Shown: piece by piece, positions 11,447 through 23,094 of the stretch
Layout: the number at the start of each line of letters is the position of its first letter
How positions within the stretch are numbered: the stretch's first letter is position 1
Source: Octopus vulgaris
Taxonomy: Eukaryota
Direction of reading: 5' to 3'
Length of the DNA stretch: 64,000 nucleotides
NCBI GenBank assembly: GCA_951406725.2
Contig: OX597820.1
Span: 91,140,001-91,204,000 of the forward strand
Program-made: the position numbers and the translations under genes
The notes under the pieces: model-generated
What the model saw: only the letters and a program-made list of their open reading frames with translations
What the model was told of the DNA's origin: nothing
Databases searched by the model: none

Positions 11447-12975
11447 ATAACTTACAACACAGAAAGCTAAAACTAATTACTCTGCAATGTTTAGTCTTAT
11501 ATTTCACAATTTCTAATATTCCTCTACTTCTATATGCCCATGCACACATACATATCTATGAATCTTTCTCCCTAAATACACCTCTCTTCTTCCATTTCTC
11601 TCTCACTCACTTTCTCTCTATCATATATATGGACGTATATGTGTATATATGTGTCTGTATATACATACATATATATGTGTATGCATACGTATAAATATCC
11701 ACATATACAATGACAAACACACATAGACTTTAGATACATCTGGCTTATAAGATTTTGAGGAGTTTTCCCAATAGTCTAATGACATTTATATCCTGGTCTG
11801 TAATTGAAAAGTGAGACAACCAATATCTTTATATTCCTAACAATGACAGTGATATCCATTCATTTCCCTGAGTAGTTTACTAATTTAATATTATTGATTT
11901 CTTTCGTAGGAACAAGGTGAAACACCTGTAAGAGAGAGAGAGAGTATAGCTGATTGAATGAAAATCTATATACTCTTGGTCCTTATTTGACTGATCTGAA
12001 ACTGATAAACATCAAGGTTGTCCTTCACAGAAACTGAAAACGGAACACAGAGAAATGAAATTAATATAATATAAATAATTTAGTCCAGTATTCTGTTACT
12101 TTAGCTGGTCTCAGTTCTTTTATTAATTTCATACAACTGATACAATTATGTTGTAAGTATATACAATCAAATGTTAAGTTGAATATAAAGATTGCTTTTA
12201 TCATATTTAATCGCAAGTTATTTTATTCAATCAAAAGTATCAATAGTTGTCGTTGCTGTAATGATAATCGAAGTGGTATTGACAAAGGACATTGGGGTTA
12301 GTTAGAAAATAGTAAAGGGTTACAGAAACTGTGAAAATGCACACTATAAAGTCATGTGCACTAGTTCAGCATCATTTCTTTATAGTTAGTCAATTGGCAT
12401 GACTGCCTTTTGGTTCCAAATGGAAACAGACAAAATGGAAAAGGCACTGACCTGATAGATGGTAAGGGAGATGTACTGGAGCAACTATTGAGACTCATGG
12501 GGCTTGCATTTGCAGATAGCCATCTCCAAAAATAATTAGTGAGCCTCAATCTGACCGCTCAACAAATTAGAAATAACAGCAGCAAAATTTTCCCTCACTT
12601 ATACTCGCTCAGATAAAGACACAAACAACACATAGGATAGAACTAGACAGAACAGATATGACCTTAATTACTTTTGGTCATATGTTTGTTCGCTTGGGCA
12701 AGGTTAAAGTATTATAAAGTACTTCTTGTTTAGATTGTATCTGTGTTTATGTTGAAACTGCATATTCCTGCATAACTGTCAAAGACTTATGGTTGAGCTT
12801 GAGGCAATGAAGACCTCAGGAATTCTCAGCTTCAAAACCATATCCTTGCCCACTCCTGTTGGCTAACTGCAGGGTTGAGCATTGTGAGTCACAGCGGCTG
12901 CTCTGGTGCATCTACCTTGACATTCTCTGGGACAACACTTTTGCCATTTTGTATGCTGAAATATATATCTGTATA

Positions 12976-13367
12976 GGTGCAGGTGTGGCTGTGTGGCAAG
13001 AAGTTTGCTTCCCAACCACATGGTTCCGGGTTCAGTCCCAGTGTGTGACACCTTGGGCAAATTTCTACTACTATAGCCTTGGGCCGACCAAAGCCTTGTG
13101 AGAGGATTTGGTAGACAGAAACTGAAAGAAGCATGTTGTATATACATATGTGTGTGTGTGTGTATTTGTGTGTCTGTGTCTGCCCCCCCCCCCCCCCACC
13201 ATTGCTTAACGACTGATGTTGGTATCTGTACCTGTAACTTAGTGCTTCAGCAAAAGAGACCAATAGAATAAGTACTAGGCATACAAAGAATAAGTCCTGG
13301 GGTCGATTTGTTCAACTAAAGGCAGTGCTCAAGCATGGCCACAGTCAAATGACTGAAACAAGTAAAA
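12976..13367 (+). mobile_element. tRNA-derived SINE family A, full length
   Basis: A-box and B-box head (GTGGCTGTGTGG..GGTTCAGTCCC), internal (TA)(TG) tract, tail GGCAGTGCTCAAGCATGGCCACAGTCAAATGACTGAAACAAGTAAAA. Confidence 0.9.
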
Positions 13368-13427
13368 ATATTTAAAATGTATACATATTTATCTATCAAT
13401 CTATCCACACACATACATATATATATA

Positions 13428-13476
<49 letters not shown>

Positions 13477-13523
13477 TCACATAGAGACACATTCTTGTAT
13501 GCCCACTCATATATATATATATA

Positions 13524-13721
13524 TACTTTATTTAATAGCAGCAGAAATATAACAAAAGCTGTTACTCAGAGTTTCATGTTCCCATTCGTCTGACAGCTTT
13601 GTTAAAATAGAACAGAAATAACAATATATTTCTGCTGCTTTTAAATAAAGCATATTACTCTACCTCTGGTATTTGAGTACTCTTTTTTCCACCTTGTTTC
13701 ACATTTATGTGCTTACTCCGC
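13524..13721. mobile_element. Penelope-like fold-back fragment in (TA)n with hammerhead motif
   Basis: Inverted repeat CTTTATTTAATAGCAGCAGAAATATA / TATATTTCTGCTGCTTTTAAATAAAG, with (TA)n on both flanks. Confidence 0.6.
13555..13600 (-). ncRNA. Minimal type I hammerhead ribozyme motif, variant core CAGACGA
   Basis: Minus strand: AAAGCTGT-CAGACGA-ATG(GGAA)CAT-GAAA-CTC-T-GAG-TA-ACAGCTTT. Perfect 8-bp stem I, 3-bp stem II, triplet GTA. Confidence 0.7.
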
Positions 13722-15686
13722 TATATATGTATATATATATATATATATACATATATACATATATATCCATACATATACATCCATGCATACGATGCATGTG
13801 CATATGTATATATGTGAGTACATGTGCTAGGTATTGATATCCTACTATACTGTTGCTTGTCACTGATTCAGCAAAATGGTGATATAATGTTTGCATCCCT
13901 TTATGACACCACAACCAGTCACTGTATATTTTAGAAAACATATTTCAAAAACAATTCCTTCTATGAAAAAAAAAAATAAATAAATAAGGCATGGCATCAG
14001 AATGAGTACCTGGCTAGCCATAAAATCCTGTCTCCAATTATTCCTTAAACAATGCATGTTAATGTCGACTTATAGATGCTGAACAGAGAAAAGACAGCAA
14101 TGTTTCATGTACTGTCACAATACATCTATCATTGCAGTTAATACTTTGCACTGAAGCACATCATTGGTAACATTTAAAGTATAATTCAAATATGCTAAAA
14201 TGTTATGTAAGTATGTACGTCTGTTAATGAAAAAAAGCATTGTTCGAAAGTGTGTGGGTGTGCGTATTATTATATATGTATATATATAAATACATATATA
14301 TATATATATATATATGCATGTATGTATGTTTATATATATTATGTACATATAAATATACACATACAGACATATATATATATGCATAAACATATGTGTGTGT
14401 ATGTATATATATGTGTGTGTGTGTATGTATATATATATATGCATGTGTATATATATATATACATGTGTATATATATATATATATGATGATATATACACAT
14501 TTGTGTTATATGTGTGTGTACATATATTTATATATATGCATATATGTGTGTATATATATATACACACATACACTCACACACATTTATGCATACACACATG
14601 CATGAATACATATTTGCGTATATGTATTCGTGCATATATGTATGCATTTGTGTGCGTGTGTGTGTGTATATATGTATATATGAGCATATTGAAAATGTAG
14701 AATCTTAAGAAAGTAAATAAACAAAAACTATAAAACTGTATCATGGTAGGAGAAATTAAGTGACTTTTAATGTTACTACATTTTTCAAGTCGACAACTTA
14801 GGCAATAATAAAAATTAAATAACATTTAATAGATTCAATGTAGTACCAAATTTCAGTTTCTGCAAAAATAAAGAAAATTTCTTTTTTTTTTTTTTTTTTC
14901 ACATTATGATTTCTTATAACATTATTGCATAGAATCACCAAAGCTTCAAATGCATATATGGCTGAATGCATTTTTCATTACATGTATGAAAAATTTCTTC
15001 TGACTTAAAATGTTCTTTTAGTTGTGACTATGTCATAGGAGAAAAATATTGAGTATTTTCACTTCCTTTTTTTTTTCTCCTCTCTTTATAACTTCTGAAG
15101 ATATGAAACATATTTATTTTATTTAGTTTTCTGTTTAGTTTTGGCAAGAAGGAATGCAAAATAACTTTGTACTATGCATAGCCAACTGACAATGAAATCA
15201 GAACCATTAATGATTAAAGTTCACTCTAATGAAATGATACTGTGAAGAAATGTCTGGGCTATATATGATTCTGTTAAAGATGATATGAAATGACCTATTC
15301 TTCCTGTAAGGTATTACAGTCTGTAACTACCATGTATGACTTCATTCAAACTTATGGGGACAGGTGTGGCAGAGTGGTTAAGAAGCATTCTTTGAGGCTT
15401 TGCAATTCTAAATTGTCCAATTCCTTATGAAGGGGACTTGGTAGACAAATGACTGATTGGAAGTCTATCATATATAAGATGTTAGCCACTACAAAAATTT
15501 TTTTCTTTCCTTATTTTTTCTGTGTCCCTTTCTGTAGAAGAGCATAGGCTCGAAGCATCAAAGACTTTTCTATTCCTGAGCATTATACTAATACATCTGT
15601 TTGTTTTGTACACCACCTGTCTTCATCTTTTGTTTTTTTCGTAAACTCTCCCTATATATATATATATATATACACATATGTATGTA

Positions 15687-15913
15687 CAATGAGGGACTGA
15701 AAAGTCCTTGGTTTTAAGGCTATTGCAAAAGGCCTGGTTGGAGGCCCATCCTCCAAGCTCTTTTATAGGACATAGAAAAGCTGAAGGTGCATTGCAATAA
15801 GTATGTGAATCTGAGAGGGGAATATGTTGAATAAAATCATAATTAACTGATTTTCTTTTACTCCTGTATTTTTTTTTTTTACCCAAAACCAAGAACCTTT
15901 CAGCACCCTCTCT
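15687..15913 (+). mobile_element. Mariner-derived MITE (same family as 445-663)
   Basis: GAGGGACTGAAAAGTCC...AACCTTTCAGCACCCTC termini and internal TGTGAATCTGAGAGGGGAATATGTTGAATAAAATCATAATTAACTGA. Confidence 0.8.
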
Positions 15914-17303
15914 TATATATATATGGCTGAGCCTGTGGAAACCTCTGATGTTCTTTGTTCCTGTTCCATATCCCTGCTCAGCACCACTGGTGATGGCTAT
16001 CCTCCAGTGTGACCACCATAAGTCAGAGTGGCTGTTCCAGCACATCTCCCTCATCATCCTTCTGGGGCAATGCCTTTCCCATTTTGTCTGTTGGATCAGA
16101 TGGAATTTATTGGAACAGATTATCTATGGTAAGATGCTCTTCCTTTCACAAAACCTCACCAGATTCCAAGCAAGGTATTATTATTTCATAGCTAGGTGTG
16201 TTTTTCAAAGAAGATTGTAAACAGACAACCTTGCCTGTATCAAAACAATTCCCATCAAGTAATGTGTAGACAAAGTTATACACACACACACAAACATATA
16301 CACATCACTAAATTGAATGAGGGCACTATTCAGCACCAGTATTGCTAGAAATAAGAGTCAAAACAATTCATAGCCTCAGTATTTAGTGACAAGTGAGGCA
16401 AGCTCCCTAAGCACAAGGCATAGCCAGATCTCCAGTGATTTTGCATATATAATGTAATTAGATAAAGCTACTTATGGCCAATGTATGGGGGTTTCCTCGG
16501 GTTTCGTGTCCATAAAACGCTTCGCGTCGTGGTGTTTCTTCAGATTCTAATGTCCAACAGCTGATACTCTACCACTGTATAACACGATTCTCTTTCGGAT
16601 TTCAATAGGCTTCTTCTTGTTTCCATTTACGAAATCCGCTGACAAAGATTAGGTTGGAGCGAGGCTACAGTGTGTGTGTGTGGTGTGCGTGTGTTTATCA
16701 TTAAGAATGTCATTCACCTTCTCTTTATATTTCGTTCCTTCTCTCAGAAATACACTATCATTTTATCTTACTCTTAAACAAAATCTTGTTTGAATCGATT
16801 GGTTGGGTTTTTGACTTTCAGGTGGTCTCGTCCTATAATACAGTCAGAACAACAAATGACAACAAAAAAAGTAACAACAACAAAAGAATTAGCAAGTAGA
16901 AGTTACAAAATGTTAACAGTAGTATTACTACAAGTTATATAAGATTAATTTAACAGACACCAAATGGTTGTAATCGAGAATAATATTACAATCAATCTCA
17001 CATAAAGTGCTTCTATTACAATATCAATAACGACTTCTTGGGATTTAGGCTCAAGGGAACATTTTATAAGGGAGCATTACAATTAGATGAATCGACCAAT
17101 GTAAGAGATATCAAAATTCAATGTGGTAGAACTCTGAAATTGTGGTGCAATTCTGAAATTAAAGACAAGAACCTAAAGTCTTAAGGCATTTCGATAAACT
17201 GGAATTGATAGGGAGAGTAATAATTGTTGTGTCTGTAACACAAATGTTTCAGCAAATATTGCCAGAAAATTCACATGAGAAGCACTGTCTTTTATTTATT
17301 TCT

Positions 17304-17334
<31 letters not shown>

Positions 17335-17351
17335 GACGGAGGGAGGGAGTA

Positions 17352-17687
17352 AGGGTAAAGACCCCCTTCGGTCATGAATGACCATGGGATTGCACCTAGA
17401 AAGTTACCCTCCTAGACACAAGTCCGGGCAAGGTTGTTTTTATGGAAGACCAGCAGTCGCCCATGCATACCAGCCTCCCCTCTCCACGCCACCAGTGTTA
17501 TCCAAGGGAAAGGCAAGGGCCGATACAGCTTGGCACCAGTGATGCTGCAACTCATTTCTACAGCTGAGTGAACTGGAGCAACGTGAAATAAAGTGCCTTG
17601 CTCAAGAACACAACACGCAGCCCGGTCCGGGATTCGAGCTCACAACCTCACGATCGTAATCTCGACGCTCTAACCACTGAGCCATGC
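17352..17687 (-). mobile_element. tRNA-derived SINE family C, young copy
   Basis: Head GCATGGCTCAGTGGTTAGAGCGTCG..GAGCTCGAATCCC. 11-bp TSD GGGAGGGAGTA (17341-17351, 17688-17698). Highly similar to 57509-57851. Confidence 0.9.
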
Positions 17688-18185
17688 GGGAGGGAGTATT
17701 CATATCTTTTGCTAATCTATATCAACAAAAGATAAATGCACATAAACATGTGTATGTGCCTGCATGTAGGTAGATAGATAGATATGCACCCGAACAGGTC
17801 AGTAAACAACCTCGCCACTACATTAATGTAAATCTTAATGTAAATTTTTTTGAATTCATAATATTCTGTACTGAACTTTTTTTGATAATTCCTCCTGGAA
17901 ATTACCCTGAGATGTATAATATATTTGTTTTAATCTTTTCTGCCCATTTTTTTCAATGAGCTTGTTAAACCTCTTTATATTCTCATCATACTGTTGTACT
18001 TTTTTATGTCCTTAACATGTCCCTGTTACCAAAGACTGTATATATACATGTAATGTAGCAATTTGCAAAAACCAATAATTAACGCAACCAAACTTCCATA
18101 TGTTACTTTTGACAATCTTTTTCCAAAGAGTGAAACCGGTTAAGTAAATAAACATCTTTTAAATTGCATTTTCAAACCTTCTTTC

Positions 18186-18225
<40 letters not shown>

Positions 18226-18329
18226 ATACACACACACACACATATATACATGCATGAATATGTAGATACAAATCAATATATATGAAAAAGAAGACGCTAA
18301 GGTGACACTAATGATATATATATATAATA

Positions 18330-18675
18330 AATCTCTCAGCAAGGTAGAAACAGTAACCGCACAATATTGTGAATTATATTTGCCACTTAAATGTGGCTAA
18401 CCCTTAAGGGTAAATGATACTGTAGCTTGTAGCCCCAGGAGAACACCACCTCCAGCTGGCTATTGACACACTTTCTGTGCCCTATCAGACTTTTTGTTAC
18501 TGGAAAAAGATATATATTTGCATCAGGAACCACTTTTCATCGACAACCAGTGATTGTCAAATGCTGATGACAGGTCAATATTCAGAAACTCGAGTCTGTG
18601 TGTATCATGTCAGGTTGAAGATGGGAAGGATGGCTTCTCTTTGCAAATACTGATAGGGCACAGAAAGTGTGTCAA
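18330..18675. mobile_element. Fold-back element with 26-bp inverted repeat and hammerhead-like core
   Basis: TTGACACACTTTCTGTGCCCTATCAG (18463-18488) / CTGATAGGGCACAGAAAGTGTGTCAA (18650-18675). The interior has CTGATGA (18564)...GAAACTCGAGTC. Confidence 0.5.
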
Positions 18676-19655
18676 AAGTAGTCGATAGCATCCATTACCT
18701 AGGTGACCAAGTCAGTGGCAGAGTGGATGCTCTGAGAGTGTAGCTGCTAGAATAAGAATAGTCTGAGCAAAGTTCAGAGGAGAACTACCTCTGTTGGTAA
18801 CAAAGGACCTCTTGCTCAGAGTGTAAGGTAGAGTGTATGATGCCTGTGTGCAAACTGCAGTGCTACAAAGCAGTGAAACATGGGCTATGACATGTATAGA
18901 CTTGAAAGAAATGAAGCTAGGATGCTCTGCTGGATGTGTAATGTCAGTGTGTATACACGACAGAGTGTAAGCGCCCTGAGAGAAAAATTGGACATTAGAA
19001 GAAGCCTCAGATGTGGTGTGCAAGAGAGATGACTGTGCTGGTATTGACATGTGTTGTGTATGGATAAGGACAGCTGTGTGAAGAAGTGTTACACCCTAAC
19101 TGTGGAGAGAACCTGTGGAAGAGGTAGACCCAGGAAGACGTGTGATGAGGTAGGGAAGCATGACCTTTGAATGTTGGGCAAGACAAATGAGATCATAGCC
19201 ATGGCTGATGTCAGTATCACATAACTGGCACCTTTAAAAGTACCCCTTCAATTGTCATACGATATTTTGTGCTTGAGAAGACCTGTTGAGCCAAGTGAAA
19301 TCATAGTCATGGTCGATGCCAGTGCCACCTGACTGGCCCCCATACTGGTGCCATGTAAAAATCACCAGTCAATCATGGCCAATGCCAGTGTCACCTAACT
19401 AGCTCCCGTGCCAGTGGCATGGTAAAAGCACCATTCGAGTATCGCCAATACCATTGCCGCCTGATTGGCACCTGTACTGGTGGCACAACAAAAGCACCCA
19501 ATACACTCTAGGAAGGGCATTCAACTGTAGAAACCTTGCCAGATCAGATTGGAGCCTAGTGCAGCATCCTGGCTTGCCAGTCCTCAGCCACACCGTCCAG
19601 CCCATGGCAGCATGGAAAGTGGACGTTAAACGATGATGATAATGATGATGATGAT
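18676..19655 (+). mobile_element. RTE-clade LINE, 5'-truncated (C-terminal ORF remnant, 3'UTR, (GAT)n tail)
   Basis: With frameshifts it translates to VVDS..YLGDQV..CSESVAARIRI.., ELPLLVTK.L.LRV.GRVYDACV.TAVL.SSETWA, then GRGRPRKT. Ends ACGTTAAACGATGATGAT. Confidence 0.85.
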
Positions 19656-19719
19656 ATATACTCCATTCCATAATTCTTGTGTGTGTGCACACACATACAT
19701 ATATATATATGTATGTATG

Positions 19720-19767
<48 letters not shown>

Positions 19768-19827
19768 CATACATATATACATATATATATATACATACAT
19801 ATATACATATATATATATGCATATATG

Positions 19828-19881
<54 letters not shown>

Positions 19882-20494
19882 ATACATACATATATGCTAG
19901 ACTGTTATCCATCATAAAACATGTAGCTTTGAAATTATACTTTTATACTTGTCCTTCTGTGGGTAATATCAGGAAATATGGCATGGCATATAGACATTAA
20001 CTATAATTTAACTGTTATCAAATTTCTGAGTACTTATACAAAATGATGAAACGAATACTAATTTTCAAAAGAAAAATATTTATTACCTTTAAATAAAATT
20101 AAATAAAAACAAATTTCTCATTTGTATATTTGCAATAAATATATAGTATCAATTTTCTAAATTTTTATCAACATAATTGCAATCTACTCCATTGAAAATC
20201 TATTTATGCTTTGCTCATAAAAAAATGTTTATTCGTCAAAATGTTATAACACTCATCTTGCACCACTTATGCCAACTCTCTCTGTATCTCAATTTTACTC
20301 TCTTTCCTCCATTCACTATATGATGTAAGGTGTGACAGGAGAAATAAATCAACCAACTAACCAACCAACCAACCAACCAACCATCATACTGAAAGTTATA
20401 AAATGATGATGTGTTTGTTTACTTTTAAAATACTGAAACATATGACAGCTGCTGGAAAGTTCCTGGCTATAAGGGTATTGCAAAAGGCCTAGTT

Positions 20495-20811
20495 AGATAG
20501 TTTTGTGTTGGGCAGATGCACAGGGGCATTAAACACCAAAGTTGTACAGAAAATAGATTCCATCACATGCAAGGGGAAAACCTCAAAGTAGTTGATAGCA
20601 TCCATTACCTAGGTGACCAAGTCAGTGGCAGTGTGGATGCTCTGAGAGTGTAGCTGCTAGAATAAGAATAGTCTGGGCAAAGTTCAGAGAACTCCTATTT
20701 CTATTGGTAACAAAGGGCTGCTTGCTCAGAGTGAAAGGTAGAGTGTATGATGCCTGTGTACAAACAGCAGTGCTACACAGCAGTGAAACATGGGCTGTGA
20801 CATGTATAGAC
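20495..20811 (+). mobile_element. RTE LINE internal fragment (near-copy of 18676-18901)
   Basis: GATAGCATCCATTACCTAGGTGACCAAGTCAGTGGCAG..GCTCTGAGAGTGTAGCTGCTAGAATAAGAATAGTCTG..ACATGTATAGAC is shared with the upstream copy. Confidence 0.85.
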
Positions 20812-20883
20812 CCTAGGGATTAGGAAAACTGAAGGAGTACCTGCAATAAGTATGTGAATCTGAGAAAGGGAATATGTTGAACA

Positions 20884-21047
20884 AGAATCCATCAAAATTC
20901 ATGGATCACGACTAAAATTTCATCATCTGTTTTTTGCATCATTACCAACATTTCCTGCAAGTTTCATCAAATACTGTTCACAAAATGTTGAGTTATTTTG
21001 CACACAGATGGACAAATGGACAAACCAACAAACCTTGGCGGAGGTAA
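20884..21047 (+). mobile_element. Helentron/HINE-like non-autonomous element end
   Basis: AAGTTTCATCAAA..GAGTTATTTTGCACACAGA-(GGACAAAT/ACCA repeats)-CCTTGGCGGAGGTAAT. This resembles the DINE-1/HINE-type terminal layout. Confidence 0.5.
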
Positions 21048-21480
21048 TAAAATCATAATTAACTGATCCTCCGGTATTTTCTGTTACCCAAAACCAGAAA
21101 CTTTTCAGCACCTTCTCATATGAAACAGATGGAATAAAATTGTACCAAGACAATTCTGATGTTCCTTTTCTCATATTACTATTGCACAGTTTGTATTACC
21201 TCAAAGCACATCTTCGATCAAGGAGGAAATGTGCACACAGTGGGAATTTAAAATGATTACATTAGAGCTGAAACCTGAATGGTTTAATTTTCATGCATTA
21301 ACTGCATCCAATCATATATATATATACTTATAAGTGTGTGGGTGTGTCTGTGTATGCACAAAAAAAATTGTAGTAGTACAAAGAAATGGAAAGGCAGAAA
21401 ATACAAACGGAATATTGTTCCTATCTATCTATCTACCTATCTATCTATCTATCTATCTATCATATATATATATATATATA

Positions 21481-21696
21481 TCATCATCATCATCATCATC
21501 ATCGTTTAACGTCCGTTTTCCGTGCTAGCATGGGTTGGACGGTTCGACCGGGGTCTGGGGAGCCAGGGGCTGCTCCAGGCTCCAGTCTGATCTGGCAGTG
21601 TTTCTACAGCTGGATGCCCTTCCTAACGTCAACTGTAGAAACACTGCCAGATCAGACTGGAGCCTGGAGCAGCCCCTGGCTCCCCAGACCCCGGTC
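21481..21696 (-). mobile_element. RTE 3'-tail fragment with perfect 64-bp fold-back
   Basis: (CAT)n tail and CGTTTAACGTCCG. Arms 21546-21609 and 21633-21696 are exact reverse complements. Confidence 0.85.
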
Positions 21697-21735
21697 TATA
21701 TATATATATATATATACACATACATATATACACAT

Positions 21736-21782
<47 letters not shown>

Positions 21783-21795
21783 CATATATACACAT

Positions 21796-21828
<33 letters not shown>

Positions 21829-21847
21829 CACATACATATATACACAT

Positions 21848-21878
<31 letters not shown>

Positions 21879-21879
21879 C
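21697..21879. repeat. Compound (TA)n/(CA)n minisatellite, ~60-bp unit x3
   Basis: The unit (TA)nCACATACATATATACACATACACACACACACA is repeated three times. Confidence 0.8.
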
Positions 21880-21954
21880 AGGCACAGATAGCATGTTAAG
21901 AACATAAGAGGGTGCATGGCATTACATTAAATAATATATTAAAAAGTATATAGA

Positions 21955-22868
21955 AGTACAAACAAATGGAACAAGCACAAAATACACACATTGAACGTTG
22001 CTAAATCTTCCTTCAGTAACCATCCATTGAACTGCAGCATTTTCACACCTTTAACGATAATATTGCTCCCTTTTTGTGACAAAAGTGACAAGAAGCCAGT
22101 AGGAAGTAGCAAGCAAAGAAATAAAGGACCAAACATGACAGAAAGGGAAGAAAAACAAAAAAGAAAATAATTAAACATTATACAAATAAAATAACATTCA
22201 AGACAAGAGGAATAGCCAAAGGACAAGGGACAAAAACAAAAACAGACATGGCAGAATGTAGACATAAACAAATTTATATAAATAAATAGACTCAATAAAT
22301 AAACCACTCAGATATGAGATGAAAAGGGGTTAACACCAAGAAGAGTATCCTAAAGGATTGGAATCAGAGAGAACAATGGAGAAACAACAAACTGTGTTTG
22401 AAAGTGGGAAAACAAGAGAAACATGACTGGTCACCTAGGCAATTGACATGGAAAAGAAATGTGGATGAAAGGTGATGATGACCTTGGGTCACATGTCAGC
22501 TGTAGGAGGCAGAAAAGTGGTAAAGGGCAGAGAGAGGCAGAGAGCAATTGATACATGACCTAAAGTGACCAGTCGTGTTTGTCTTGTCTCCCATTTTCAA
22601 CACTATTGTTTACCTGTTTTTCCATCCATTGAATATATTTTGTTTCTACGATGTTTAATTATTTTCTTTTTTTTGCTTGTATATTCACTTTCTGTCATGT
22701 TTGGTCTTTTGTTTGTTTGCTCGCCATTTTCCAGCAGCTTCTCATCAATGACATTGCCAACGAGGAGGAATATTACTGTTACAAGTGTGAAATTGCTGTG
22801 TTCCTTTGGACAATAGCTGAAGAGGATTAGCAATATTCTGTGTGTGTATTTTCAATTTGTTCTGTTTG
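21955..22868. repeat. Old, diverged long inverted repeat (probable Penelope-like fold-back)
   Basis: Matching pairs include ACCAAACATGACAGAAAG / CTTTCTGTCATGTTTGGT, AAGAAAATAATTAAACAT / ATGTTTAATTATTTTCTT and ACTGGTCAC / GTGACCAGT. Confidence 0.65.
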
Positions 22869-23053
22869 CCTGTGTGGTAAATAGCTTGCTTACCAACCAC
22901 ATGGGTCCAGGTTCAGTCCCAGTGTTTAACTAGTTCTTATTTTATTCACCCCAAAAGGATGAAAAGTAAAGTCTGAACTCAGAAAGTTAAAATGGACAAT
23001 GCTGCTAAGCACTTTGTCCAGCATTCTAACGATTTTGCCAGCACACCACCCTC

Positions 23054-23094
<41 letters not shown>

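Larger units (their letters stand above)
20443..21118 (+). mobile_element. Mariner-derived MITE interrupted by two nested inserts
   Basis: Left end GCTGGAAAGTTCCTGGCT, middle AAAACTGAAGG..AGGGAATATGTTGAA, right end AAAATCATAATTAACTGATCC..CTTTTCAGCACCTTCTCA. Confidence 0.75.

Noticed and set aside
12859-13263. ORFs with recurring peptides (GLNPEPCGW, VSVYQI; also at 37242 and 60357)
   Set aside because: These are chance reading frames through SINE family A copies.
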